Positions 1 through 9,099 of a DNA stretch of 64,000 bases are shown here, in pieces. The notes under the pieces are model-generated. The model did not search any database and had not been told where the DNA came from. It was given only the letters and a program-made list of their open reading frames with translations. This DNA comes from Gammaproteobacteria bacterium. Lineage in GTDB: Bacteria > Pseudomonadota > Gammaproteobacteria > SZUA-229. The DNA lies in the NCBI GenBank assembly GCA_029881795.1, contig JAOULX010000014.1:5209-69208 (forward strand). Reading direction: 5' to 3'. A program made the position numbers and the translations under genes. Each line of letters starts with the position of its first letter. The stretch's first letter is position 1.

Positions 1-381
1 ATAAAAACAGAGAACGAATGGCAGCAACAATTAACCAGTGAGCAATACAAAATTGCCCGGCAACAGGGCACTGAGCCCGCTTTTAGTGGCGATTATTATA
101 ACTGCAAGCAAGCGGGGACTTATCACTGTATTTGTTGTGATCAGTTATTGTTTAACTCGTCTGAAAAATACGATTCGGGCAGTGGCTGGCCGAGTTACTG
201 GGCGCCAGCCACTGAGCAGGCGGTGACAGAAAATAAAGACAATAGTCATGGTATGACACGAATTGAGGTAGTATGTAGTCAGTGTGATGCGCATCTTGGT
301 CATGTGTTTGAAGACGGCCCAGAGCCAACAGGACTGCGCTATTGCATTAATTCAGCATCACTCACCTTTAAGCAGAGTTGA
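1..381 (+). CDS. msrB: peptide-methionine (R)-S-oxide reductase MsrB, 5' end cut by window edge
   Basis: Frame 1 is open from nt 1. Translation ..[79 protein letters not shown] has both CxxC zinc pairs and the catalytic RYCINS motif. Confidence 0.9.
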   Translation: MKTENEWQQQLTSEQYKIARQQGTEPAFSGDYYNCKQAGTYHCICCDQLLFNSSEKYDSGSGWPSYWAPATEQAVTENKDNSHGMTRIEVVCSQCDAHLGHVFEDGPEPTGLRYCINSASLTFKQS

Positions 382-396
382 AGCGAGGCAGAGACT

Positions 397-816
397 ATGG
401 ACAAGTTTGAACTATCGGCCCAACAAGCCTTTGAGATGTTGCAATCGAATCCACGTGCTTTACTGATTGATATCCGTTCTACCATGGAATTCCTGTTTGT
501 CGGCCACCCGGTCGGAGCCGTACATATCCCATGGATTGATGAGCCTGACTGGGATGTTAACCCGCATTTTGTGGCCGAGGTGCGTAAGTTATTATTGGGC
601 GGTGCGGTTTGCGAAGTGGGTGAAAACTGTGCGGCTGTGATACTAATTTGCCGCAGTGGCAAGCGTTCAAGACAGGCCGGTCAGAGCCTTATGGAGGCTG
701 GTCTGAACAATGTTTACCATGTCGATGAAGGTTTTGAAGGTGAGTTGGATGACAGCCATCAGCGCAGTTCAGTCGGTGGCTGGCGCTTTCATGGCTTGCC
801 CTGGGAACAGTGTTGA
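397..816 (+). CDS. single-domain rhodanese-like sulfurtransferase
   Basis: 139 aa with rhodanese active-site loop CRSGKRS and typical LIDIR..EF..GH N-terminal pattern. Confidence 0.8.
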   Translation: MDKFELSAQQAFEMLQSNPRALLIDIRSTMEFLFVGHPVGAVHIPWIDEPDWDVNPHFVAEVRKLLLGGAVCEVGENCAAVILICRSGKRSRQAGQSLMEAGLNNVYHVDEGFEGELDDSHQRSSVGGWRFHGLPWEQC

Positions 817-840
817 TCGTGCTAGCGCGGGGTTTGTGCA

Positions 841-1053
841 ATGAGTAATCTGATGATCGACAGAGAACAAGTCGAGCGCCGTATCGAGGCGCTGACGCTT
901 GAACACCGAGATCTTGATGAAGTGATTTATCACTTGCATGAGATACCGACGGCCGATCGTTTACATATTCAGCGCATAAAAAAACGTAAGCTGGTGATTA
1001 AAGATATGATTGCAAAGTTGCGCGATCAGCTGATTCCGGATCTGGATGCGTGA
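841..1053 (+). CDS. DUF465 (YdcH-like) small protein
   Basis: 70 aa with pattern L..EHRDLD..I......D...IQRIKKRKL.IKD.I typical of DUF465. Confidence 0.6.
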   Translation: MSNLMIDREQVERRIEALTLEHRDLDEVIYHLHEIPTADRLHIQRIKKRKLVIKDMIAKLRDQLIPDLDA

Positions 1054-1138
1054 GCCACGGCGAGTTTTTCTCAAAGTCTTTGTAAGAATATCCTTATGCT
1101 ATAATACAGCCTGTCAATTTTAGCTATTGGAGTGCTTC

Positions 1139-1423
1139 ATGTCAGATGATCTTAGCAAAGAAGAACGTATTCTTCAGATGGTCAAAAAAGTTCTTAGTAA
1201 TGTTGCAAAAGACACCTATACAGCACCGGGGCTAAAGCACCCGCTGTCTGAGCAGACCATTCTCGATATCCGTCAGTGTCTTGGTCTGGTGGTGGCGCGT
1301 GAAACCGAACTGGCTCAGGAATACGGTCGTGATAAAAGTGCCCGTCCGCGCTTTATTGATGAGCCGCAGTCTTCTGTCGTGGTGAATTTTGAAAAGCCCG
1401 GCGATAACAAAGAGTCATCTTAA
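1139..1423 (+). CDS. conserved hypothetical protein
   Basis: ORF opens at TTG 1127, but ATG 1139 has GGAG 7 nt upstream. 94 aa, no motif recognised. Confidence 0.5.
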   Translation: MSDDLSKEERILQMVKKVLSNVAKDTYTAPGLKHPLSEQTILDIRQCLGLVVARETELAQEYGRDKSARPRFIDEPQSSVVVNFEKPGDNKESS

Positions 1424-1426
1424 AAC

Positions 1427-1885
1427 TTATTTCTTTTGTCTTTTTTGACGGCTTTTAAACTGACTGATTGCTTTGATGAGATCAGGGTAGGGGAAGCTAT
1501 CAAGATCACCATACTGCTCAATCCCTGAGGCGATCAGCTCACGAATATTGGGTAATGGCGCGCCGTTATCGGCCTCTGAGTTATGCATAATGCGGTGTAA
1601 TTCGAGAATGCTGGCGAGCTGAACCCGAATTTCTTTGGCATGAGGTAAAGGCCCGTTGACCTGGGTCAGCTGGAGTGAAAAACGGGCTTTTTCACGCATG
1701 CAGTGTAAATACTGCTGGCAGCGTTTGAGTAATAAAGCATCGGCACAGGCCACGCCTTCACGATCAGCCAGATTGAAGCGTTCAGAAGCATCGCACTGAC
1801 AGCGTCTGGAGTTAATGGCTTTTTCAAAAATGCATTTATGCGGATTCAGGCTTTTATAAGCACTGCGGTATTCATTTTCTTCCAT
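1427..1885 (-). CDS. hypothetical Cys-rich protein
   Basis: 152-aa ORF with six Cys in the N-terminal half (incl. CQC) and a basic tail KSRQKRQKK. No family recognised. Confidence 0.5.
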   Translation of the reverse strand: MEENEYRSAYKSLNPHKCIFEKAINSRRCQCDASERFNLADREGVACADALLLKRCQQYLHCMREKARFSLQLTQVNGPLPHAKEIRVQLASILELHRIMHNSEADNGAPLPNIRELIASGIEQYGDLDSFPYPDLIKAISQFKSRQKRQKK

Positions 1886-1897
1886 CGCGATTGAAGA

Positions 1898-2134
1898 TTA
1901 CTTTTCCCATTCCTGCAAAATCGGCTGGTCGCGTTTATCCATTAATAGTTCTTCGGCGTGCAGCGTATTGTCGGCAAAGATAACTTTAACCTGAATACCG
2001 TCACCAGAAATCGTTTTACGTGCTTCGCGGCAGTCAAGTTTGGCATCTTTATAAGCCTCAAATTCATTCAGCTTTTCAAGATTCTTGATGAGGGCGGTTG
2101 CGCCGGCAGTAATTTTGTAGACAAAATAAGGCAT
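1898..2134 (-). CDS. hypothetical small protein
   Basis: 78-aa ORF, 12 nt downstream-coupled to the 1427..1885 gene. No motif recognised. Confidence 0.45.
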   Translation of the reverse strand: MPYFVYKITAGATALIKNLEKLNEFEAYKDAKLDCREARKTISGDGIQVKVIFADNTLHAEELLMDKRDQPILQEWEK

Positions 2135-2331
2135 GTTTAAATCCCTGAAATAGTTTTGGTCAATGCGCTATTGTATCAATATTTCCTAATATAAAGGTAC
2201 TCAGAATGTAAGTATTTGCCGCTTAAGGTGGGATAGCAGCCGCGGGGATGTAAAAGCCACGGCCGATACTGGTAACGCCGAGCATTTGGTCTAAGCTTTA
2301 GTGATTGATAAACGGGCAGGTGTTATTGGCA

Positions 2332-3507
2332 ATGAGTGGCATTTCAAATTATCTTCAGGTTTTAGCAAAACACGATGGTTCGGATCTTTACATGAGTACC
2401 GGTGCGCCACCGAGTGCTAAATTTAACGGCGAGATGAAGCCCTTGTCAAAGCAGGCTCTGCCGCCGGGCGTGATAAAGAAACTGGCTTATGAGCTGATGA
2501 ATGAAGAGCAGATCAGGGATTTTGAACACAAGCCTGAAATGAATATGGCGATATCCGAGCCCGGTATAGGCCGCTTCAGGGTTAATATTTTTAAGCAGCG
2601 AAATGAAGTCAGTATGGTGATTCGAAATATTAAAACTGATATTCCGAATCTTAATGATCTAGGCCTGCCTGAAGTCCTGAAAACCATGATCATGAAAAAA
2701 AATGGCCTGATATTATTTGTCGGTGGTACCGGTTCCGGTAAATCGACTTCGCTGGCAGCATTAATTGATTACAGAAACAGTAATAGTAAAGGTCATATTA
2801 TTACCATAGAAGACCCGATTGAGTTTGTGCATCAACATAAACTGTCGATCGTCAATCAGCGAGAGATTGGGGTTGATACAGACTCTTATGAGGATGCTTT
2901 AAAAAATACGCTGAGACAGGCGCCGGATGTGATTTTAATCGGTGAAATTCGTGATGCCGAAACCATGGAGCATGCGCTGGCTTTCGCTGAAACAGGTCAC
3001 CTGGCGATATCTACCCTGCATGCAAATAATGCCAATCAGGCACTTGACCGCATTATTAATTTTTTCCCCGAAGAACGCCGCCATCAGTTATTAAATGACC
3101 TGTCTTTAAATTTGCGCGCCTTTATCTCACAGCGCTTGATTCAGACGGTTGATAACAAGCGTTGTGCTGCGATCGAAATTTTGCTGGGTACACCAATGGT
3201 GGCCGATTTGATCAAGAAAGGTCAGGTTGCAGAAATAAAAGAGATCATGGAAAAGTCTGAAAATTTAGGTATGCAGACATTTGATAGCGCACTGATAAAA
3301 TTATTTAACGCCGGTAAAATCAGTAAAGAAACAGCGGTCAAAAATGCCGACTCTGAAAATAATGTAAGACTCAAAATCGAACTTGGCGATGGCGCTCCGG
3401 CAGTGGTAACTGAGAGTGACGAAAAAGCGGACAACAGTCGCTTCGATGGGCTGAGCCTGATGGAAAAAGAAGAAGACAAGCCAGATGATGACGAAGAACC
3501 GGTTTAA
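2332..3507 (+). CDS. pilU: type IV pilus retraction ATPase PilU/PilT family
   Basis: Walker A GGTGSGKST, Asp/His boxes (IGEIRD, TLHAN) and GSDLYMSTGAPPSAKFNG N-terminus. Start taken at ATG 2332 (ORF opens at TTG 2305). Acidic C-terminal tail. Confidence 0.85.
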   Translation: MSGISNYLQVLAKHDGSDLYMSTGAPPSAKFNGEMKPLSKQALPPGVIKKLAYELMNEEQIRDFEHKPEMNMAISEPGIGRFRVNIFKQRNEVSMVIRNIKTDIPNLNDLGLPEVLKTMIMKKNGLILFVGGTGSGKSTSLAALIDYRNSNSKGHIITIEDPIEFVHQHKLSIVNQREIGVDTDSYEDALKNTLRQAPDVILIGEIRDAETMEHALAFAETGHLAISTLHANNANQALDRIINFFPEERRHQLLNDLSLNLRAFISQRLIQTVDNKRCAAIEILLGTPMVADLIKKGQVAEIKEIMEKSENLGMQTFDSALIKLFNAGKISKETAVKNADSENNVRLKIELGDGAPAVVTESDEKADNSRFDGLSLMEKEEDKPDDDEEPV

Positions 3508-4280
3508 TCAATAGCAAATTTATATTGTTGCTGGCTCCAAATCAACTTTGCGTATTGTACTATCGGGACCTCCATTTGCTGTTGCAGTTTTTTAGCCCTG
3601 GACAATAATTCATTACGTTGTATGGATGGGATCTCGTTTTTAAATGCAAGCACGATGGTATTGCCGCCGGCAACAGTAAAACTGATGAGTCTGTTCTCGA
3701 ACTCATGAGACAATAAATCTTCAATTTCAGCTGTGGAGCGGAAGTCCTGAATCCACAGGTTGAGCACCAGCACCCCCTTTTCAGTCAGTGACTTTTTACA
3801 GCGCCGTAAATACGATAACTGAACTTGTCTGGGTTCCATGCCGTGGGTGTTGTAAAGATCGGAAAAGATGATGTCGCTTTTTATTTTTGCTGTGTTCATA
3901 TATCCGACCGCATCGTTATTATGCAGTTGCAGGCGCGGGTCGTCAGGCAGGTGAAAGTATTTTTTTGCAGTTTTGATTACTTCCTGTCGCAGTTCAATCG
4001 CGTGCACACTGAGCTCTTGAAAACTGTTGAGCAGGCACTTCACCATCGAGCCTGTGCCCAGCCCCATGACGCTAGCGGTTTCTATAGAGGGTAAAAAAAT
4101 ACAGCCAGTCATCATCGCCTGAGCGTATTTGTGCATCAGTTCAGCCGGGTTGTTTAGGTTCATGCAACCTTGTTCAATATCGCCGTCAAAACTAAGGATT
4201 CGATTGATTCGGTTCTGGTAAACATAAATAGGGCCATATTCATCATGCACGGTGGAAATACAGGTGGCTTTAATCATCAT
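3504..4280 (-). CDS. spermidine-synthase-like class I SAM methyltransferase-fold protein
   Basis: 258 aa with glycine loop VMGLGTGSM, acidic AIELR and IIFSDLY motifs of the spermine/spermidine synthase-like fold. Confidence 0.6.
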   Translation of the reverse strand: MMIKATCISTVHDEYGPIYVYQNRINRILSFDGDIEQGCMNLNNPAELMHKYAQAMMTGCIFLPSIETASVMGLGTGSMVKCLLNSFQELSVHAIELRQEVIKTAKKYFHLPDDPRLQLHNNDAVGYMNTAKIKSDIIFSDLYNTHGMEPRQVQLSYLRRCKKSLTEKGVLVLNLWIQDFRSTAEIEDLLSHEFENRLISFTVAGGNTIVLAFKNEIPSIQRNELLSRAKKLQQQMEVPIVQYAKLIWSQQQYKFAID

Positions 4281-4298
4281 AATGCTAGCTCGTGCTGA

Positions 4299-4682
4299 TC
4301 AGGCTTTGGTGTCGATACCGAATTGTTTGCCAGGCTGTGGGTCATCATCTTTGCGTTGCCCCGGTGTTTTTCGACGGTCATGTTCGCTGCGGGTATTAAG
4401 TAAAACGGCGATGTTATCATGGCGCCGATCTTCTTGTCGGCGATCCTGATTGCGGGAGACTTGCTGACGTGATTTCGCAGTGGTTTTGCTTTGAGCAGGG
4501 GCAATATCCGTTGAGCCGGATTGGTCTTGTTTCTGTTCTTCAGGCTGTTCATATTTTTCTTTATCAGGGGCTTCTGATTCGGGCGCTACCGTATCCACAT
4601 GAAAAGCGTTTTTGCCGGTTTTATTGTGTTTCTTTAGTGCTTGTGTGCCTTGGCCATCAACTGGAAAATGAATGTTAGTCAT
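4299..4682 (-). CDS. hypothetical highly charged, probably disordered protein
   Basis: ORF 4299..4757. ATG 4682 is preceded by GAGG. 127 aa rich in K/E/Q/D/R (RRQEDRRHDN, EHDRRKTPGQRKDDD). A second ORF overlaps in another frame, so the coding frame is uncertain. Confidence 0.4.
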   Translation of the reverse strand: MTNIHFPVDGQGTQALKKHNKTGKNAFHVDTVAPESEAPDKEKYEQPEEQKQDQSGSTDIAPAQSKTTAKSRQQVSRNQDRRQEDRRHDNIAVLLNTRSEHDRRKTPGQRKDDDPQPGKQFGIDTKA

Positions 4683-4850
4683 AATGCCTCGAAGCGTCCG
4701 AGAAGTTAATCCATCATAACCTAAAACAAATAAAAAGTGGAAGTTGCCCGTTGCCAACGATATGCGGTGATAAAGAATTGAGGCAATTTGCTGTTTAATA
4801 AAATATTTTAATGGAGCGGGTTGGTTAGATGTGTACCTGAATTCTGCAGT

Positions 4851-5492
4851 TTAAAACGGGCAAGGGTTGTGCAGCTTAACCATTTGTCCCTTTAGCGGGT
4901 GTTTAAAACACAGCTCTGAGGCATGCAATAACAGTCGCGGACTCATTGCCAGCGTTTCGTCTGTGCCGTAAAGGTTGTCGCCAAGTATCGGGTGCGCGAT
5001 TGAAAACATATGCAAGCGCAGCTGATGTGAGCGTCCGGTATGCGGTTTTAATTGAATGCGGCTGGTGTTGTTATCGTAGCGCTGCAGAACCTGCCAATGT
5101 GTCAGTGCCTGTTTGCCCTGTTCGTGATCAATAATTTGTAATGGCCTGCGCTCGTAATCACAACGCATCGGCAGGTCAACCGAGCCGCTCTCTTCAATCG
5201 GGTGCTGGCTGACGATGGCGATATAGGTTTTGTCGATCTGCCGCTGCTGAAAAAGCCGGCTGATCTGACTTTGCGCTGGCTTGTTTAACGCCATTAGAAT
5301 AATGCCGGAGGTATCGTAGTCGAGCCGGTGCACAATTAACGCGCTGGGAAACTGCTGCTGAACACGGGCCGACAGGCAATCCTGTTTATCGGGTCCGCGT
5401 CCGGGTACCGATAACAGATTGGCCGGTTTGTTAAGGACTAAAAAATCATCGTCCTGATATAAGATTTCCGGCATCTGCTGGCTAATCGACAT
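4851..5492 (-). CDS. RluA-family pseudouridine synthase
   Basis: 213 aa with catalytic motif HRLDYDTSGIILMA and C-terminal HQLR..M pattern. Confidence 0.85.
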   Translation of the reverse strand: MSISQQMPEILYQDDDFLVLNKPANLLSVPGRGPDKQDCLSARVQQQFPSALIVHRLDYDTSGIILMALNKPAQSQISRLFQQRQIDKTYIAIVSQHPIEESGSVDLPMRCDYERRPLQIIDHEQGKQALTHWQVLQRYDNNTSRIQLKPHTGRSHQLRLHMFSIAHPILGDNLYGTDETLAMSPRLLLHASELCFKHPLKGQMVKLHNPCPF

Positions 5493-6154
5493 TAAGGCAG
5501 ATTGCTCTCAAGAAAAAGTTTGTAATTTTCAGCGCTGATAATCTGGGTGCCGTCACAGTTGAATTGCATACTGACCAGACTCTGGACGATACACAGGGTT
5601 ACGTTTCGCAGATAGTACTGTTGCATATCTCGCAATGCCTTGAAGGTGCTGATGATAGGCTCAATCTCTTCGGCTTTCATTGGTTGCCAGTTGGCGCTGC
5701 GTTTGTTCAGTATGTTTTGCCAGTAGTCCGGCAGTTTTTTATAAATCTCACCGCCGCGCAGCGCACTGTATAGTTCACGCATCTGCTGAATTTTGTCATC
5801 ATAACTGACGGCAGGGAACTGTCGCTTGACATAGTCGGCATCGGCCATTTTTTCAGCCGTGTGCACTTCCTGGCGCAATGGGTCGAACACCGAATGGGTG
5901 CGGATTTCTCCGCTATTGAGTCCGACGTAGATCCGATAGGTGCTGCGATTGAGTATCAGATCGAGCAGGTTTTCCTGTAGCGCATCAATCACGTTATCGG
6001 CCGGGCTGTGGTAGCGCTTGCGGTCGTAGGTGGTTTCACGCAGTGACGGGTCGCCACGAATACCGATTTGCAGCTGGCTGGAATTAAGCCCGGCAGCGCT
6101 GACAATGCTTTCTTTTAATACCAGCTCTTCAAAGTTGTCATCTTGTTCTGACAT
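5492..6154 (-). CDS. hypothetical protein, translationally coupled to the pseudouridine synthase
   Basis: 220-aa ORF whose stop overlaps the downstream start as TAATG. No motif recognised. Confidence 0.5.
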   Translation of the reverse strand: MSEQDDNFEELVLKESIVSAAGLNSSQLQIGIRGDPSLRETTYDRKRYHSPADNVIDALQENLLDLILNRSTYRIYVGLNSGEIRTHSVFDPLRQEVHTAEKMADADYVKRQFPAVSYDDKIQQMRELYSALRGGEIYKKLPDYWQNILNKRSANWQPMKAEEIEPIISTFKALRDMQQYYLRNVTLCIVQSLVSMQFNCDGTQIISAENYKLFLESNLP

Positions 6155-6155
6155 T

Positions 6156-6416
6156 TTAATCCTGTTGTTTAATGGGGGCAGTTTCTAATGACTGTTCAAA
6201 AGCCTGTCTGTATTGATCAACGTCGGGGAACAGCATAATGGCGATAGATGTCAGCAGGATGACAATCAGCCATTTTAATTTTTTTGACGGTAACTGAAGC
6301 ACCGGGCTAGTGGCTAAGGTCGCTAGAATCAGTAAAAACGCTGAGATCCAGCCATCTATTTTAATCGCGCCAAGGGCCATGAAGATGAAGATGGCCATCA
6401 GATAATAGTGCAACAT
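6156..6416 (-). CDS. small integral membrane protein
   Basis: 86 aa with three hydrophobic segments. Its stop lies 1 nt from the next start. Confidence 0.45.
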   Translation of the reverse strand: MLHYYLMAIFIFMALGAIKIDGWISAFLLILATLATSPVLQLPSKKLKWLIVILLTSIAIMLFPDVDQYRQAFEQSLETAPIKQQD

Positions 6417-6575
6417 GTATTTTACTCAGTCAGATTTATTCGAGGCCCATGATAAAGCCTCGGTTTCAGAAGGTATATATCCCATTGGTAAAAAACTTAG
6501 GCAGTTGCGGCATGAAAAACGGTGGTTTCTGTACTATCTTATAGGCAGTTGAGTTGATTTAAATGCGGTTGTTGG

Positions 6576-7817
6576 ATGGAGCGTAAAGTACGAACGGGTC
6601 GGCTTAAAAAAGGTATGTATGTATCCAATCTTGACCGTCCCTGGTTGGATACGCCTTTTTTAGTGCAGGGCTTTTATATAAATGATGCGGCTGAATTAAG
6701 GGTGCTGGATCAGTATTGTGACTTTGTGTTTATCGATACCGATCGTGGGTTGGCGGCTGACCGCTACTGGGACGACAATTTCGTCCTGCCTACTAATGCA
6801 TATCTTGAGCGATTTTTAAAAAATAAAACAGCACAAACCGAATACCATGACAGTCACAGTGCCAGCCAGGAAATGCCACAGGCACGGCGCGTGTTTAACG
6901 AGGTGTCTGAACAGTTTGCGCAGCTGATGGAAGACCTTAAAACCGGTAAAAATCTCCGTGTTAATAAGCTGCTGGCTCTTGTTGGCTCATTAACCGAAAG
7001 TCTGTTACGCAGCCCAGATGCCATGCTCTGGCTTTCTCATCTCAGAGTGCCAGCTGCGATAATGGATACTCAGCCGGTAGATCACTGCATACTGGCGATT
7101 GCATTCGGCCGCTATTGCGGCCTGCCTGAAAAAGATATGCAGGATCTGGCAATCGGGGTAATTTTATCTGATATCGGTAAACTCAATCTTCCTGATGAAA
7201 TCTTATTAAAGCGGACTGTGCTGACGAACCAGGAATTTTCCGATGTTAAAAAGCATGTGGATCAGGGCTATGATTATTTATCGCAGATCAAAGGCATTGA
7301 CCAAGACAGTCTGAATATCGTGCTGACACATCACGAACGCCATGATGGCAGTGGTTACCCGGAAAAACTATCGGCTATGCAAATTCCGGTGTTCGGCCGT
7401 ATAGCCGGTATGATTGATTGTTATCAGGCAATGATCACAAAGCGGCCTTATAGTGAGCCTATTTCATCGCATCGTGCATTACAAAAAATTTATAACTGGC
7501 GCGACAAGTTTTTTCAGGCAGAGCTGGTCGAGCAGTTTTTGCACTGTCTGGGTGTTTATCCCTGTGGTTGTCTGGTCGAGATGAAAAGCGGTGAGGTAGG
7601 GGTGGTGATTAGCCAGAATAAAGAACGACATACACAGCCGCAGGTGATGTTATTACTGGATAATAATAAGGTTGAGTTACAACAGCCGCAATTGATGAAT
7701 ATGCTGCAGACAGCAGCCTCTTCTACACAGTCACTAAAAATACTGCGCGCACTGGACCCTGGTGCTTACGGTATCGTGGCGGAAAATCTTCTGGATACAT
7801 ATAACAGACTCAGTTAG
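6576..7817 (+). CDS. HD-GYP domain protein with DUF3391-like N-terminus (HD dyad reads SD)
   Basis: GMYVSNLDRPWLDTPF N-terminus and HHERHDGSGYP motif. The usual LLHDIGK reads ILSDIGK (Ser198). Confidence 0.85.
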   Translation: MERKVRTGRLKKGMYVSNLDRPWLDTPFLVQGFYINDAAELRVLDQYCDFVFIDTDRGLAADRYWDDNFVLPTNAYLERFLKNKTAQTEYHDSHSASQEMPQARRVFNEVSEQFAQLMEDLKTGKNLRVNKLLALVGSLTESLLRSPDAMLWLSHLRVPAAIMDTQPVDHCILAIAFGRYCGLPEKDMQDLAIGVILSDIGKLNLPDEILLKRTVLTNQEFSDVKKHVDQGYDYLSQIKGIDQDSLNIVLTHHERHDGSGYPEKLSAMQIPVFGRIAGMIDCYQAMITKRPYSEPISSHRALQKIYNWRDKFFQAELVEQFLHCLGVYPCGCLVEMKSGEVGVVISQNKERHTQPQVMLLLDNNKVELQQPQLMNMLQTAASSTQSLKILRALDPGAYGIVAENLLDTYNRLS

Positions 7818-7854
7818 CAGAGAGTGATGCTGGTCGCTTGACTTGGCTTGACTG

Positions 7855-7894
7855 TCTGTTCTATAGTTCGATATATGTCGAACTATAGAACAGA
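7855..7894. promoter_or_regulatory. perfect 17-6-17 inverted repeat, putative ArsR operator
   Basis: TCTGTTCTATAGTTCGA tatatg TCGAACTATAGAACAGA. The spacer contains the ATG (7875) of the ArsR-family gene. Confidence 0.6.
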
Positions 7895-8198
7895 TACAGC
7901 GCGTCTCGCTGCCGCATTTAAAGCCTTGTCAAACCCGAATAGGCTGAATATTTTTAGTCGGTTGCTGCTGTGTTGCGCCTCCGGTTCTGCCTGTCAGGTC
8001 GATCAGTGTATGAAAATCGTGGTCGGTGAACTGGGTAAAGATATGGATATTGCCGCCTCAACCTTGTCGCATCATTTAAAGGCACTGCATCAGGCAGGTT
8101 TAATCAGCATGCAAAGACGTGGTCAGCATGTCGATTGCTGGGTGAATGCTGAGATGGTTGAGCAATTATCATTTTTCCTGAATATCTCCAAAAATTAA
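7875..8198 (+). CDS. arsR: ArsR/SmtB-family metalloregulator
   Basis: Winged-helix pattern FKALSNPNRLNIF..L, STLSHHLKALHQAGLI, and a Cys cluster LLLCCASGSAC. Start taken at ATG 7875 (ORF opens at TTG 7848). Confidence 0.8.
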   Translation: MSNYRTDTARLAAAFKALSNPNRLNIFSRLLLCCASGSACQVDQCMKIVVGELGKDMDIAASTLSHHLKALHQAGLISMQRRGQHVDCWVNAEMVEQLSFFLNISKN

Positions 8199-8216
8199 CT
8201 AATAAGGCAGTAAATC

Positions 8217-9053
8217 ATGAGTGTAGAAGAAGATTTGATCCGTCAACAAATTCGTGAAAGTTACAGTAAGGTAGCTGAGGCCAGTAATGACGGAGCCTGT
8301 TGTGGTGTCGAAAGTTCATGCTGTGGCGTATCTTCGGATGCTGAAATCAATACGATTGTTTCGACCCGTATGGGCTATTCGGAAGAGGATGTTAACTCCA
8401 CCCCGGCGGGTGCGGATATGGGACTGGGCTGTGGTACCCCGAAAGCGATTGCCAGTATTCAAAAGCATGAAACCGTGCTCGATCTGGGTAGCGGTGGTGG
8501 TTTTGATTGTTTTCTTGCAGCGCAAGAGCTGGCTGGCACCGGTCAGGTCATTGGTGTTGATATGACTCCGGCGATGCTCAGTAAAGCGCGCCTGAATGCA
8601 GAGAAAGGAGATTTTACTAACGTTGAATTCAGACTCGGTGAAATTGAATATTTACCGGTCGCAGATCAGTCGATAGATGTCATCATTTCTAATTGTGTGA
8701 TTAATTTGTCACCAAATAAATCTCAGGTGTTTAAGGATGCTTTTCGTGTCTTAAAAGCCGGTGGCAGAGTTGCGGTATCCGATGTGGTCGCCAGTGCACC
8801 ACTGCCTGATGAGATTAAAAATAATAAAGAATTATTGTCCGGTTGTATGGCAGGTGCATCAACGGTTGAAGAAATAACCCGGATGATGGAAAACAGTGGT
8901 TTTATTAATGTCAGAATTATGCCCAAGGATGAGTCAAGATCATTTATTAAAGACTGGGCGCCGGGTACGCAGATTGAAGAGTTTGTTATCTCTGCGTATA
9001 TTCAGGCAGATAAACCGGTTAGCAGTGTGGATACGCAAAGCTGTTGCGGCTAG
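8217..9053 (+). CDS. arsM: arsenite S-adenosylmethionine methyltransferase
   Basis: SAM motif VLDLGSGGG. Three conserved As(III)-binding Cys contexts GLGCGTP, ISNCVINL and LSGCMAGA, plus terminal Cys pairs (ACCGVESSCCG, SCCG). Sits directly after arsR. Confidence 0.8.
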   Translation: MSVEEDLIRQQIRESYSKVAEASNDGACCGVESSCCGVSSDAEINTIVSTRMGYSEEDVNSTPAGADMGLGCGTPKAIASIQKHETVLDLGSGGGFDCFLAAQELAGTGQVIGVDMTPAMLSKARLNAEKGDFTNVEFRLGEIEYLPVADQSIDVIISNCVINLSPNKSQVFKDAFRVLKAGGRVAVSDVVASAPLPDEIKNNKELLSGCMAGASTVEEITRMMENSGFINVRIMPKDESRSFIKDWAPGTQIEEFVISAYIQADKPVSSVDTQSCCG

Positions 9054-9099
9054 AGCTAAATCAAAGTCAGTAGAGTCAGATAAATGGACGGTGAGATAA

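Noticed and set aside
3504-3507. Convergent pilU and methyltransferase-fold genes share TTAA, so their stop codons overlap on opposite strands and leave no room for a terminator.
   Set aside because: It is real but is most simply explained as genome compaction. I have no evidence of functional significance.
8287-8565. Alternative-frame ORFs inside arsM (8287..8565 + and 8316..8525 -).
   Set aside because: The arsM frame carries all the family motifs. The overlapping frames give Arg/Val-rich nonsense.
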